A stretch of 64,000 nt of DNA from an uncultured Gammaproteobacteria bacterium (GTDB lineage Bacteria > Patescibacteriota > Patescibacteriia > Magasanikbacterales > GWA2-37-8): positions 12,173-76,172 of the forward strand of contig CAZWKA010000006.1 of the NCBI GenBank assembly GCA_964634875.1, given 5' to 3'. The translations under genes were made by a program, and so were the position numbers. Below the pieces are notes generated by a model. It made no database searches, had not been told where the DNA came from, and was given only the letters and a program-made list of their open reading frames with translations. Positions within the stretch are counted from its first letter, which is position 1. Every line of letters starts with the position of its first letter. Positions 9,347-18,196 of the stretch are shown here, one piece after another.

Positions 9347-10666
9347 ATGAAATACGGAGTTTGGTTAAGATTTCTTAAAACCTTGGTTTACGGCAAGCGC
9401 CTGTTCTGGTTCTTTGGAGCTGGAATTTCTTTTGTTTTAGCCAAAACAATCGGTGGTATTGGTCGGACGCTTTTGTTTGTTCGCTACAAATTTTTCTATT
9501 TTCTTAAAAAATCAGGTCTTAATCGCGTTCGGGCACTCCTGCTTACGCGTGGCGTGCTCCAAGTAGTGGGTTTTGCAGGGCTTTTTTTGGTCGGCTTTCC
9601 CCAAAGCAAGTTGTATGCTGAAAAGGATTTGTTCTTGCCGGGCCAAAAGACTATCGCCTATGCCCTTACTGCTCCCCAGGAAATCCGTGGTATCGAGGAA
9701 GAAAACGCCGACGCGATAGTTTTTAATCCGTCTAATAGTTCGTGGCGTGAAGGCGTTATTGATGCCGAGACTTTGCCGAGTTTGGGTGTTAATTTTGTAG
9801 CCAACCAAGATTTTGCTGCTATTATGGCAGGTGGGACGGCACTGAGTAAGCCGTCTATTATGCCCGGTGTTACCCTGGCTGGCAGACGTAACCAGGTTGA
9901 AAACTATGCGGTTGAGCCTGGCGATTCCCTAAGCAGTATTGCGTATGATTTTGGTGTCAGTGTGGCTACGATTCTTTGGCAAAACAACCTGGGGGTTCGC
10001 TCGGTGCTGCGCCCAGGTGATGTGCTCAAAATTCCACCGACCACCGGTGTTATGCACACAGTAAAGCGCGGGGACACGATCAATAAAATCGCACTGCTCT
10101 ATGAAGCTAAAGAAGAGGATGTGGTAGGTTTTAACCGTCTACAAGCGGATGGAAGTGATCTGAAGGCCGGTGAATTAATCATGGTGCCTGACGGTATTAA
10201 GCCTGAAGCTCGTGCGGTCGCTACTGTCCCGCGCACTACAGGCACGATTGCCAAGGTTGCTGCGCCGCCGTCTTCACGTCAAGCGGCCGGTTCTTCGGGG
10301 TATATTTGGCCTTCTGGTGCCCACACAATCACACAGTACTTTGGCTATACGCACCACGCGCTTGATATCGCCGGTCCTTTTGCAACTCCAAACTACGCCG
10401 TGAAGGCGGGTAAAGTTGAAAAATCACAATGCGGCTGGAATAGCGGGTATGGTTGTGTAATTATTATTGACCATGGCGGGGGTGTCAAAACGCTGTATGG
10501 TCATCACTCTAAGCTCCTGGTCAGTGTCGGCGATCGGGTCGACGCCGGTCAAACCATCGGTCTCATGGGAAACACGGGCAATGTCCGTGGTGTTACCGGT
10601 ATCCATCTTCACTTTGAGATCATTATTAACGGTGTCCGGGTAAATCCGCTTGGCTACGTCAGATAG
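9347..10666 (+). CDS. LysM-domain peptidoglycan-binding M23 metallopeptidase (membrane anchored)
   Basis: N-terminal TM segment, two LysM repeats (..GDSLSSIAYDFGVSVATI.., ..GDTINKIALLYEAKEEDV..), C-terminal M23 motifs HALDIAG...HLHFEI. Confidence 0.9.
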   Translation: MKYGVWLRFLKTLVYGKRLFWFFGAGISFVLAKTIGGIGRTLLFVRYKFFYFLKKSGLNRVRALLLTRGVLQVVGFAGLFLVGFPQSKLYAEKDLFLPGQKTIAYALTAPQEIRGIEEENADAIVFNPSNSSWREGVIDAETLPSLGVNFVANQDFAAIMAGGTALSKPSIMPGVTLAGRRNQVENYAVEPGDSLSSIAYDFGVSVATILWQNNLGVRSVLRPGDVLKIPPTTGVMHTVKRGDTINKIALLYEAKEEDVVGFNRLQADGSDLKAGELIMVPDGIKPEARAVATVPRTTGTIAKVAAPPSSRQAAGSSGYIWPSGAHTITQYFGYTHHALDIAGPFATPNYAVKAGKVEKSQCGWNSGYGCVIIIDHGGGVKTLYGHHSKLLVSVGDRVDAGQTIGLMGNTGNVRGVTGIHLHFEIIINGVRVNPLGYVR

Positions 10667-10703
10667 CGTAAAGCTAAAAACGAAAAGTGCAAAATAAAAG
10701 AGT

Positions 10704-10735
10704 CCCGCCGTGCGGGACATCAAAATCTTTAGTTT
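10704..10735 (+). terminator. Intrinsic terminator after the M23 peptidase gene
   Basis: gtcccgc-cgt-gcgggac then atcaaaatcttt. Confidence 0.5.
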
Positions 10736-10762
10736 TGAGTTTTACATTTTAAGCTTCTATCG

Positions 10763-10834
10763 AGGCCTGGGCGGGAATCGCACCCGCGCATAAGAGTTTT
10801 GCAGACTCCTGCCTTACTACTTGGCTACCAGGCC
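10763..10834 (-). tRNA. tRNA-Cys (anticodon GCA)
   Basis: Hand-folded cloverleaf: acceptor GGCCTGG/CCAGGCC, anticodon stem GGAGT/ACTCT, loop CTGCAAA, T-arm GCGGG..CCCGC; no encoded CCA. Confidence 0.75.
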
Positions 10835-10928
10835 GGTACACCTTGAGTTGCGCACTTAGGATACCATAACGACCCTTTCATTTCAAGGCTCTCGCGTGCT
10901 AAGATGGGCACAGGCACATCCCAAGCAA

Positions 10929-10978
10929 ATTCAGCAGAGTAGGCAGAGTAAGTAAAATTACTCTGCCTACTCTGCTGA
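10929..10978. repeat. Perfect 21-bp inverted repeat (about 48-bp palindrome) in the polA 5' region
   Basis: tcagcagagtaggcagagtaa-gtaaaa-ttactctgcctactctgctga. Confidence 0.8.
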
Positions 10979-11004
10979 GTACTTACTCCGCTGTATTCAC
11001 TTTC

Positions 11005-13710
11005 ATGTCTAAATTTGTCCTCGTCGATGGTAATGCCATCGTTCACCGTGCGTATCACGCCATTCCACCTTTGACTACCAAGGAGGGTGTTTTAGTAAAT
11101 GCCGTCTACGGCTTCGTTTCCATGCTCTTAAAAGTTTGGAAAGATCTCAAGCCAGAATACCTGGCTGTAACGTTTGACGTGGCGGGTGGCACATTCCGAC
11201 ATGACAAGTTTGAAAAATATAAAGCGACTCGCGTCAAAGCCGACCAAGACCTCTACGACCAAATTCCACTCGTTCACCAAGTGGTCGAAGTCTTTGGTAT
11301 CCCTATTTTTGAAAAAAAGGGTTTCGAAGCTGACGATGTGATCGGTACGATCGCTACCCAATGCTTGGCTGAAACTAATAAAAAAACGGAAGTATATATT
11401 GTTACCGGGGATATGGATACGCTGCAGCTCGTGAACGAGCAGGTAAAAGTGTACACACTCAGGAAGGGATTAAACGATATTGTGGTTTACGACCCGGCCG
11501 AAGTCCGGTCCCGTTATGGCTTTGGTCCAGAAATGATTGTTGATTACAAGGCGCTGCGCGGCGACACCTCTGACAACATTTCGGGCGTTCCAGGTATTGG
11601 TGAAAAAACTGCCACTGAACTTATCCAAAAAATTGGCGGGATCCAGGAAATTTATCATGAACTAGGAAATCAAAAATCATCGATTTTTACCGACTTTAAA
11701 CCGGGTGTGATCAAAAAATTACAAGAAGGACAGGCAGCGGCGGATATGAGCCGCTATCTCGCGACGATTGATCTGGCCGTCCCGGATCTGGGTTTCACGC
11801 TGGAAACGTGTCGTATCAAACCATTTGATAAAGAAAAAATAATTGCCTTGTTCCAAAAGTTTGAATTCATTTCACTCCTTAAGCGGCTGCCTGATTTTGC
11901 GGGCAATCCAGCTGTGACCGAAGAAAAAAAAGCTACCCGTCCGTCTGCGCCGCGGGCAAAACAAACCAGGTCGCTCGAGTATGTTGAAGTCGCAACAGTC
12001 GCTGAGGTGCAAAATTTGGCTGATCACATCAAACAGCATGGTAGTTTTGCTGCGCGGTTGGTAACGAACGGTAATGACTTGTTTAGTGCCACGCTTAGCG
12101 GCGCCTTGTTTGTCGTTGAGCACCACGGTTACTTTGTCCCGCAGCGTCTCTTTAAAAATATCCAACACGTTTTTGCAGATCCCGTACTAACCCTTAACGG
12201 CCACGACCTTAAGCAGTTACTAAAAGTGGCCAGTGTCCATAAAATTGAGATTAAAAATAAGCTGTTTGACGTGATGGTCGCGTCGTATCTTTTGAACCCG
12301 GGCAGCCGCGCTCACGATCCGGCAAGCGTTGTCCTTAAAGTACTCGGAAAAGAATTGTTGGTCGGCGGTGGGCAAGAAAGCCTGTTCGGCGCTGATACCA
12401 AAACGTTGGCGCACGAATTATTTTTACTCAGCGAAACCGTGCCCGAATTAACCCGTGAGCTCAAAGCAATCGACGATTATGGATTGATTGAAAAAATCGA
12501 AATGCCTCTCAGCATTGTTCTTGCTGAAATGGAACTGAATGGTGTTGCTGTTGACCCTGCGAGGCTCGTGGAACTTTCCAAAAAAACAGCGAAAGCACTC
12601 GCTGCTTGCACCAAGAAAATTTACGCTCTCAGTGGTGAAGAGTTTAATATCGCTTCCCCCATCCAGCTGCGTGAAGTTTTGTTTGAGAAAATGAACATTC
12701 CGGTCGAAGGTATAAAAAAAGGAAAAACCGGGTTGTCAACATCCGCTGAGGAGCTTGAAAAACTGCGCGACCTCCATCCAATCATCAACGAGATCTCGGA
12801 ATTTCGCGAGCTTAGTAAGCTGCAAAACACCTATATTGATGTTCTACCAACCCTGGTAAATCCCACCACCCACCGTATTCATACGACGTACAACCAAGCT
12901 GTTGCTGCGACCGGCCGCCTGTCGAGTACTGACCCTAATTTACAAAACATTCCTGTCCGTACTGAGTTGGGGCGTGAAGTGCGTACTGCTTTTGTTGCCG
13001 AAAAAGGAAATATTCTTCTGAGTGCAGACTATTCCCAGATTGAGCTGCGTATCGTGGCATCGCTGGCCGAGGATCAGCGTATGATCGACATTTTTTCGGA
13101 AGGTCTCGACATCCATCAGGCAACCGCCGCTGCCATCAACAATGTGCCGCTTGAGAATGTTACCCGTGAAATGCGCTACGCTGCCAAAGAAGTTAACTTT
13201 GGGGTGTTGTACGGTATGGGCACGCACGGCTTGTCGTGGCGAGCCGGTATCCCCTACTTGCAAGCTAAAGAATTTATTGAAAAATACTTTGAACAATTCA
13301 GTGGGGTCAAGAAATATTTGGACCGCACGATTGCATTTGCCGCTAAGGACGGGTATTGCGAAACGCTTTTTGGTCGGCGCCGGTATATTCCCGAATTGGG
13401 TAGTAAAAATCACCAATTACGTGCGGCTGGTGAACGCATGGCTGTAAACCATCCCGTACAAGGTACGGCCGCCGACCTGATGAAAATGGGTATGATCGAC
13501 GTGTATAAAAAACTACATGCCTCAAAATTTGGTGCTGATGTAAAAATGATCCTTCAGGTGCACGACGAATTAGTCGTCGAAGTAGCAAAAGGATTAGAGA
13601 AAGATGTGGGCGCGCTCCTTAAGGCGACGCTCGAGAACGTCGTCAAGCTCAGGGTGCCTGTAAAAGTAGATCTTAAGACTGGGCAAAATTGGGGCGAAAT
13701 GGAGAAATAA
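11005..13710 (+). CDS. polA: DNA polymerase I
   Basis: 901 aa; 5'-3' exonuclease N-domain, and C-terminal polymerase motifs (..DYSQIELRI.., ..QVHDELV..). Confidence 0.96.
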   Translation: MSKFVLVDGNAIVHRAYHAIPPLTTKEGVLVNAVYGFVSMLLKVWKDLKPEYLAVTFDVAGGTFRHDKFEKYKATRVKADQDLYDQIPLVHQVVEVFGIPIFEKKGFEADDVIGTIATQCLAETNKKTEVYIVTGDMDTLQLVNEQVKVYTLRKGLNDIVVYDPAEVRSRYGFGPEMIVDYKALRGDTSDNISGVPGIGEKTATELIQKIGGIQEIYHELGNQKSSIFTDFKPGVIKKLQEGQAAADMSRYLATIDLAVPDLGFTLETCRIKPFDKEKIIALFQKFEFISLLKRLPDFAGNPAVTEEKKATRPSAPRAKQTRSLEYVEVATVAEVQNLADHIKQHGSFAARLVTNGNDLFSATLSGALFVVEHHGYFVPQRLFKNIQHVFADPVLTLNGHDLKQLLKVASVHKIEIKNKLFDVMVASYLLNPGSRAHDPASVVLKVLGKELLVGGGQESLFGADTKTLAHELFLLSETVPELTRELKAIDDYGLIEKIEMPLSIVLAEMELNGVAVDPARLVELSKKTAKALAACTKKIYALSGEEFNIASPIQLREVLFEKMNIPVEGIKKGKTGLSTSAEELEKLRDLHPIINEISEFRELSKLQNTYIDVLPTLVNPTTHRIHTTYNQAVAATGRLSSTDPNLQNIPVRTELGREVRTAFVAEKGNILLSADYSQIELRIVASLAEDQRMIDIFSEGLDIHQATAAAINNVPLENVTREMRYAAKEVNFGVLYGMGTHGLSWRAGIPYLQAKEFIEKYFEQFSGVKKYLDRTIAFAAKDGYCETLFGRRRYIPELGSKNHQLRAAGERMAVNHPVQGTAADLMKMGMIDVYKKLHASKFGADVKMILQVHDELVVEVAKGLEKDVGALLKATLENVVKLRVPVKVDLKTGQNWGEMEK

Positions 13711-13712
13711 AC

Positions 13713-13738
13713 CGCTAAAAAAGCGGTTTTTTCTTGTT
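13713..13738 (+). terminator. Intrinsic terminator after polA
   Basis: aaccgct-aaaaa-agcggtttttt. Confidence 0.6.
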
Positions 13739-13744
13739 TGTAGA

Positions 13745-13817
13745 CTTGACAAGTGGCTTGACAAGTTAATTTAATACTTGACAAGTGGCTTGACAAGTTA
13801 ATTTAATACTTGACAAG
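13745..13817. repeat. Array of five 9-bp palindromes CTTGACAAG in a 32-bp tandem repeat (putative operator array)
   Basis: Copies at 13745, 13757, 13777, 13789 and 13809; the last copy supplies the -35 TTGACA of the downstream promoter. Confidence 0.85.
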
Positions 13818-13838
13818 ATTCATTCTTTAGGATAATAT
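13810..13838 (+). promoter_or_regulatory. Near-consensus sigma70 promoter TTGACA-17-TAATAT
   Basis: TTGACA at 13810-15 and TAATAT at 13833-38, with the ATG at 13847. Confidence 0.6.
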
Positions 13839-13846
13839 AAAGACAT

Positions 13847-14890
13847 ATGAATCTTGAAGAACAGATTTTAAACAATATTAAAGAAAAAGGCTCTATTAGA
13901 GCTAAAGAAATAAGTCAACTGAGCGGTTTATCAAAACAGTCAGTTGTTGTGTCGCTGAAAAGGTTGATTGAAAGCAAGAAGATTGCTCGATTGGGCCAAA
14001 CTAACCATGTAAGATATGTTTTGTTTGATGATGCTGAGAGAATTACAAATGGCCCGGGTGAGAAGGTTTGGCATCGTCGAATAGAGAGGGTGGAAAATAA
14101 AAATGAATCAGCTGTTTTTGGAGAGCTTAAAGAATCTTTCTTTTTTAAACATGCAAGATTAAGTAAGGAGGTAACGAGAATTATTGAGCATGCTTTTACG
14201 GAAATGTTAAATAATGCAATAGAACATTCAGGCTCTGAGGTTATTGAGATTTGGGTTCGCGTAAATGAAAGAGCCTTCTCTTTTGAGATTGTTGATCGTG
14301 GTGTGGGTATCTTCAATAATATAAAACAAAAAAGAAAGCTAGAAAACGATGTTGAAGCTGCCCAAGATATCTTTAAGGGCAAGCAAACCACAATGCCCGC
14401 GACACACTCAGGTCAAGGTATTTTTTTCACCTCTAAAATGGCGGATAAATTCTGGATCATTAGTAACAAAACTGAAGTGCTTGTTGACAATACTATCCCA
14501 GATTTTTTTATTAAGCCGCACCGCCAACGCACAGGAACATTAGTGGGTTTTTTAATTGCTGTTTTGAGTCCTAAGAAGATTCAGGACGTTTTTAATCAGT
14601 TTACGGATGAAAATTTGCGATTTAATGAGACGAAATTTAATGTTAACCTCTATGCGATGGAAGACAGTTTCGTCTCCCGCTCCCAAGCCCGCCGCCTCTT
14701 GGCTGGACTCGATGAATTCAAACGCATTGTGCTTGATTTCAACCGTGTTGAATTTATCGGCCAAGGCTTTGCTGATGAAATTTTCCGGGTCTACAAAAAT
14801 TTCCATCCGGATGTGGAGATTACGTTTGTGAACACGACGCCCGAAGTGGAGGCGATGATTCGGCGTGCGATGGCTGAAGTTGAAAAATAA
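13847..14890 (+). CDS. wHTH - GHKL/HATPase (RsbW-like) - STAS (DUF4325-like) fusion regulator
   Basis: N-terminal wHTH (..ISQLSGLSKQSVVVSLKRLIESKKIARLG..); N-box EMLNNAIEHSG, DRGVGI, GQGIFF; C-terminal STAS-like region (..FNRVEFIGQGFADEIF..). Confidence 0.8.
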   Translation: MNLEEQILNNIKEKGSIRAKEISQLSGLSKQSVVVSLKRLIESKKIARLGQTNHVRYVLFDDAERITNGPGEKVWHRRIERVENKNESAVFGELKESFFFKHARLSKEVTRIIEHAFTEMLNNAIEHSGSEVIEIWVRVNERAFSFEIVDRGVGIFNNIKQKRKLENDVEAAQDIFKGKQTTMPATHSGQGIFFTSKMADKFWIISNKTEVLVDNTIPDFFIKPHRQRTGTLVGFLIAVLSPKKIQDVFNQFTDENLRFNETKFNVNLYAMEDSFVSRSQARRLLAGLDEFKRIVLDFNRVEFIGQGFADEIFRVYKNFHPDVEITFVNTTPEVEAMIRRAMAEVEK

Positions 14891-14905
14891 TATAATAATA
14901 AAAAA

Positions 14906-14935
14906 CCGTCCCAACAGCGGGGCGGTTTTTTATTT
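14906..14935. terminator. Bidirectional terminator
   Basis: aaaaaccgtccc-aacagc-ggggcggtttttt. Confidence 0.55.
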
Positions 14936-14974
14936 TCCTCACAACACAAAGAGTTGTAGTGTAGGGAAAGCGTG

Positions 14975-15010
14975 CCCGCGGGAACACAGGTTCCCGCGGG
15001 TGGGGGGGGG
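14975..15010 (-). repeat. GC hairpin plus G9 homopolymer (C9 in the sense of the downstream minus-strand gene)
   Basis: cccgcgggaac-acag-gttcccgcggg followed by g x9 at 15002-15010. Confidence 0.8.
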
Positions 15011-15031
15011 TAGATGTCTGCCGCGACGCGT

Positions 15032-15499
15032 TTAGTCGGGCTTGATCGTCGGGGGGTTGTGGTCGGTGACCACGATGGTGCAGTCGATGGGCGACTTCTT
15101 GGGATCGAGCAGTCGGCTTGTCCGCAGAGACCCCACGTTCGGCTCGTCCACGCCCATCGGGTCCCCGCACCGGAAGAGCTCGAAGGTGCTCTTCTTCCAG
15201 TCAGAGCCTGATCTGTCCGTCACGGGCGCGAAATAGAATTCGACCAACTGTCGGGCCGATTCCTGGACGCCGTAGTGCTCGACCGTGAACACCAGCTCCG
15301 TACCCGAGGCCTCGGTGTACTGCATGGCGACATCGGCAAAGTGGATGATCCGCCAGGGGTGCGGCGAGGTTGCGCTCAAAATGCCGAACGCGCTGGTCTT
15401 GGTTGAAGATCCTCGCTCGTCCAATTTGTTGGGCAGACCGCTGCTGCAACCAACAGTGAGTACGGCTGCAGCAAGACCAAATATCCGCAATTGTTTCAT
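15032..15499 (-). CDS. Predicted lipoprotein in high-GC island 2
   Basis: MKQLRIFGLAAAVLTVGCSS signal peptide with lipobox; the ORF-track start at 15544 lies upstream of the signal peptide. Confidence 0.55.
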   Translation of the reverse strand: MKQLRIFGLAAAVLTVGCSSGLPNKLDERGSSTKTSAFGILSATSPHPWRIIHFADVAMQYTEASGTELVFTVEHYGVQESARQLVEFYFAPVTDRSGSDWKKSTFELFRCGDPMGVDEPNVGSLRTSRLLDPKKSPIDCTIVVTDHNPPTIKPD

Positions 15500-15587
15500 C
15501 GTATTCTCCCCATGGCAAAGTGCCAGGCCAATACTGTCTAGCATGAAAAAGCCCGGTTGTCAACGGTAATTCAATAACAAAATTTTG

Positions 15588-15625
15588 CCTAAAGACTTGA
15601 CAAATAAGGGTGCGCAGGTAGGATG
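15588..15625 (+). promoter_or_regulatory. Putative promoter TTGACA-16-TAGGAT
   Basis: cTTGACAaataagggtgcgcaggTAGGAT, then an AAGGAG Shine-Dalgarno before the ATG at 15652. Confidence 0.4.
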
Positions 15626-15651
15626 GGTCAAACTATCACAAGGAGTCCGCC

Positions 15652-16089
15652 ATGAGAGCTTTATTTGCCGCTGCAGGTCTATTGGTTGCGTCCGGATGCA
15701 GTCTTGGTTGGGACTTTCTTTTCAGACAGAAGGAGGGCGTTGTCGATACTGAGCCTCTGCCCGCAGGTTCGCACGTCTATTGTACGGTCAAAGAAAATGC
15801 GGACGGAGGTAACCGCCCCTTCTTTATTAACAACGATCGGATCGCTTCTGGTCGGTGGCGGTACAGTGTTGAGGGCATGCTACTGTGTGAGTGTGAAGGT
15901 TGGCACCGTCTTAAGGTGTTTGCGTATGAGGACAGGCCGGTTGGCGAACGCAGCCGCATCGGCGACTATGTCTTCGTAGGCACCCGGAAACTTGAGGCAT
16001 TCAGTGTCGAGGTGCCGCCCGGCCTGAAGCCCGGCCAGTCATTCTGGCTCGAAGGCGAGTGTGTCGAAGACCTGCAGTCGACCAAATGA
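15652..16089 (+). CDS. Predicted lipoprotein in high-GC island 2
   Basis: MRALFAAAGLLVASGCS lipobox; AAGGAG Shine-Dalgarno. Confidence 0.55.
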   Translation: MRALFAAAGLLVASGCSLGWDFLFRQKEGVVDTEPLPAGSHVYCTVKENADGGNRPFFINNDRIASGRWRYSVEGMLLCECEGWHRLKVFAYEDRPVGERSRIGDYVFVGTRKLEAFSVEVPPGLKPGQSFWLEGECVEDLQSTK

Positions 16090-16099
16090 TTGATTAGAA

Positions 16100-16129
16100 A
16101 GCCGTCCGGTGATGCGACACCGGACGGCT
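16100..16129 (+). other. 12-bp perfect GC hairpin (HP1) in a 3' UTR
   Basis: agccgtccggtg-atgcga-caccggacggct. Confidence 0.8.
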
Positions 16130-16160
16130 ACCATCTCTCTACCCTTACAATTTTTTAAAT

Positions 16161-16194
16161 AAAAAACACCCTCGAATTTTCCGAGGGTGTTTTG
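16161..16194. terminator. A/T-flanked terminator (HP2)
   Basis: aaaaaacaccctcg-aatttt-ccgagggtgtttt. Confidence 0.6.
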
Positions 16195-16203
16195 TTACAA
16201 GTA

Positions 16204-16722
16204 TTATTTTTTCATTATTTCCTCTTTTTTCATGCCTCCTCCGCCGCAGCAAGCTCCTTTCATTCCCGCGCCGCAACATCCGTCCGCCATCGCACCTTCC
16301 ATTTTGTCGTTGCAAGTACCCTCCTTACCAGCAGCCAGGCATTTTGGGCAAACACATTCAGCGCGAACTAGACGATATTCTCCGGCCCCAACACCCATAA
16401 GCGCGAGACAGCTGCCCAGAAGTACTATCGGCATGAAAAAACCAGTAAAAGGACCGCTCCGATGGGCGGTAAGCATGGCTACAATCATGATGATGGCAAG
16501 CCAGCTACCAGCAATGCGGGCAAAGACACCGAGGAGCACCATAAGTCCGCCAACCACTTCGGCTGCCCCAACAAAATATGCCCAAAACATGGGTAGTGGA
16601 AAGCCAAGCCCGGTGAACATGCCAATTGTCATTTCAGGGTGGTCAAAAAGTTTTCCGTATCCTTGGTAAATGAAGACGATACCGACCGCGACGCGCAGGG
16701 CCAAAAGTCCCCACGATTCCAT
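16204..16722 (-). CDS. DoxX-family membrane protein with a Cys-rich C-terminal tail
   Basis: DoxX-like helices (LRVAVGIVFIYQGYGKL..); tail CVCPKC...GTCND...DGCCGAGMKGACCGGGG; likely ATG start at MESWG (the ORF-track start at 16758 is further upstream). Confidence 0.7.
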   Translation of the reverse strand: MESWGLLALRVAVGIVFIYQGYGKLFDHPEMTIGMFTGLGFPLPMFWAYFVGAAEVVGGLMVLLGVFARIAGSWLAIIMIVAMLTAHRSGPFTGFFMPIVLLGSCLALMGVGAGEYRLVRAECVCPKCLAAGKEGTCNDKMEGAMADGCCGAGMKGACCGGGGMKKEEIMKK

Positions 16723-16787
16723 TTTTGGGTTACACCGGAGCATGTGCTTGCACAGCATACTTTTTAGTTTAAAAATTAATGAATCTT

Positions 16788-18035
16788 TTAGTCCTTAGCT
16801 TTTTGTTTTTCGCTTTCGATGTCGATTATATAGCGGAAACTCAAAGAATGCAATGTCCAGTCAACAATTATCTTAAGTTTGCGCAGTAACCCGGGCATAA
16901 ACAGTAAATATGCTGTGCGCCTGATCCACCACGCCAGGGGGCCAAAGAGAATGAATGACCCGAGCACCATTACGCCGTACCAATCACCAACCGGAACCAA
17001 CATGCCGCGTGATTTAAAATAAAAAGGACGTAGTTTGCGTTTTTGGAGGCTGGCAACAATGTGCTTGGCGATGAAGCCGCCTTGTTTATGCGCGACTTCC
17101 CCAAGCTGCGGAGCAGGCAACGTACTCCCCTGGTTGCAAAAATGTGCAATATCCCCAACAGCGTACAATGTTGGGTCAATGATCGAATGCAGGAATTCGT
17201 TCGTTAGAATGCGGCCGTTTTCTTGGTACGGAGCGCTGAGATAGCGGTCTGCTTGGTTTTTGACGCCAGCACACCACACCGTAAAGTCACTCTCAATTTC
17301 TTGGCCGTCATTAAAGATGATAGATTTTTTTGTAACCGTTTTTACAGGGTGTTGCAAAAGAAGTTCTACTCCCTCACGGATCAGGTGTCGTTTGATACGG
17401 GTTTGTACCTTTTCAGGTAGGACACTCAAAATAGTCGGTCCGGCTTCAATGATACGCAGTGTGGTTTGTTGTTTGGGGTACAGTTTGGCGAGGTCGTGTT
17501 TAATGAGGTGTTGGAGTTGTCCTGCTGTTTCAATACCAGTATACCCTCCGCCAATGACATTGATAGTGATTGGTGCGCTTGCCCGCTCAAAAGCAGTTAT
17601 TAAATCTTGTCGGAGCTGCATCGCTTTGGGCAGCGTTCGTACGGTATAGCTGTAGTCGCTCGCCCCGGGTGTATTAAAATAGTTAACGCCACTCCCGAGA
17701 CCCACGACCAGATAGCTGTATTCAATTGCCCCGCTTTCCGTAAGGACGATTTTTTCAGCTGGTCTGATTTCGGTAACTCGCGTTTTGAGGAATGTGTGGG
17801 GTGTTCCATAGGTAAGCTCTCGAAGCGGTACGGTGCAGTGACTCGGTTCAATGGCGCCCGAAGCTACCTCGTGCAGCATGGGTGTAAAGGTAAAATAATT
17901 GTTGTGATCAACAATCGTAATTGTTTGGGGTAAACCACAGCGCTTCAAGAGCCGGGCAAGCGTACGAAACGTTTCATAGCCGCCAATACCAGCTCCAAGG
18001 ATAAGGATGTCGGTTTGCCAAGTTGCTTTTTCCAT
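16788..18035 (-). CDS. Type II NADH:quinone oxidoreductase-like FAD-dependent pyridine nucleotide-disulfide oxidoreductase
   Basis: ILILGAGIGG dinucleotide fold; second GG..G motif INVIGGGYTGIE; NDH-2-like length of 415 aa. Confidence 0.8.
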   Translation of the reverse strand: MEKATWQTDILILGAGIGGYETFRTLARLLKRCGLPQTITIVDHNNYFTFTPMLHEVASGAIEPSHCTVPLRELTYGTPHTFLKTRVTEIRPAEKIVLTESGAIEYSYLVVGLGSGVNYFNTPGASDYSYTVRTLPKAMQLRQDLITAFERASAPITINVIGGGYTGIETAGQLQHLIKHDLAKLYPKQQTTLRIIEAGPTILSVLPEKVQTRIKRHLIREGVELLLQHPVKTVTKKSIIFNDGQEIESDFTVWCAGVKNQADRYLSAPYQENGRILTNEFLHSIIDPTLYAVGDIAHFCNQGSTLPAPQLGEVAHKQGGFIAKHIVASLQKRKLRPFYFKSRGMLVPVGDWYGVMVLGSFILFGPLAWWIRRTAYLLFMPGLLRKLKIIVDWTLHSLSFRYIIDIESEKQKAKD

Positions 18036-18196
18036 AGCTAAAAACAGGGATGAACTGGCTAGAGTATAGCACGACCGTGTGAATTGTTAAATTGTTTCGT
18101 TGTTAGTGTACGGTTTTTTGATTACGAAACCGAGAAATAAAAACCACCATTGCCTTCTGCCCCACGTCAGTATATGATACGCGCCAGTAGTCGTTT

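Noticed and set aside
13745-13817. 32-bp tandem repeat considered as a possible CRISPR array
   Set aside because: Only about 2.5 units, spacers are identical (not unique), no cas genes; the repeats are palindromic TTGACA-containing operator or promoter elements.
14552-14914. 120-aa minus-strand ORF
   Set aside because: Antisense within the well-supported wHTH-GHKL-STAS gene; AT-rich, low-complexity translation.
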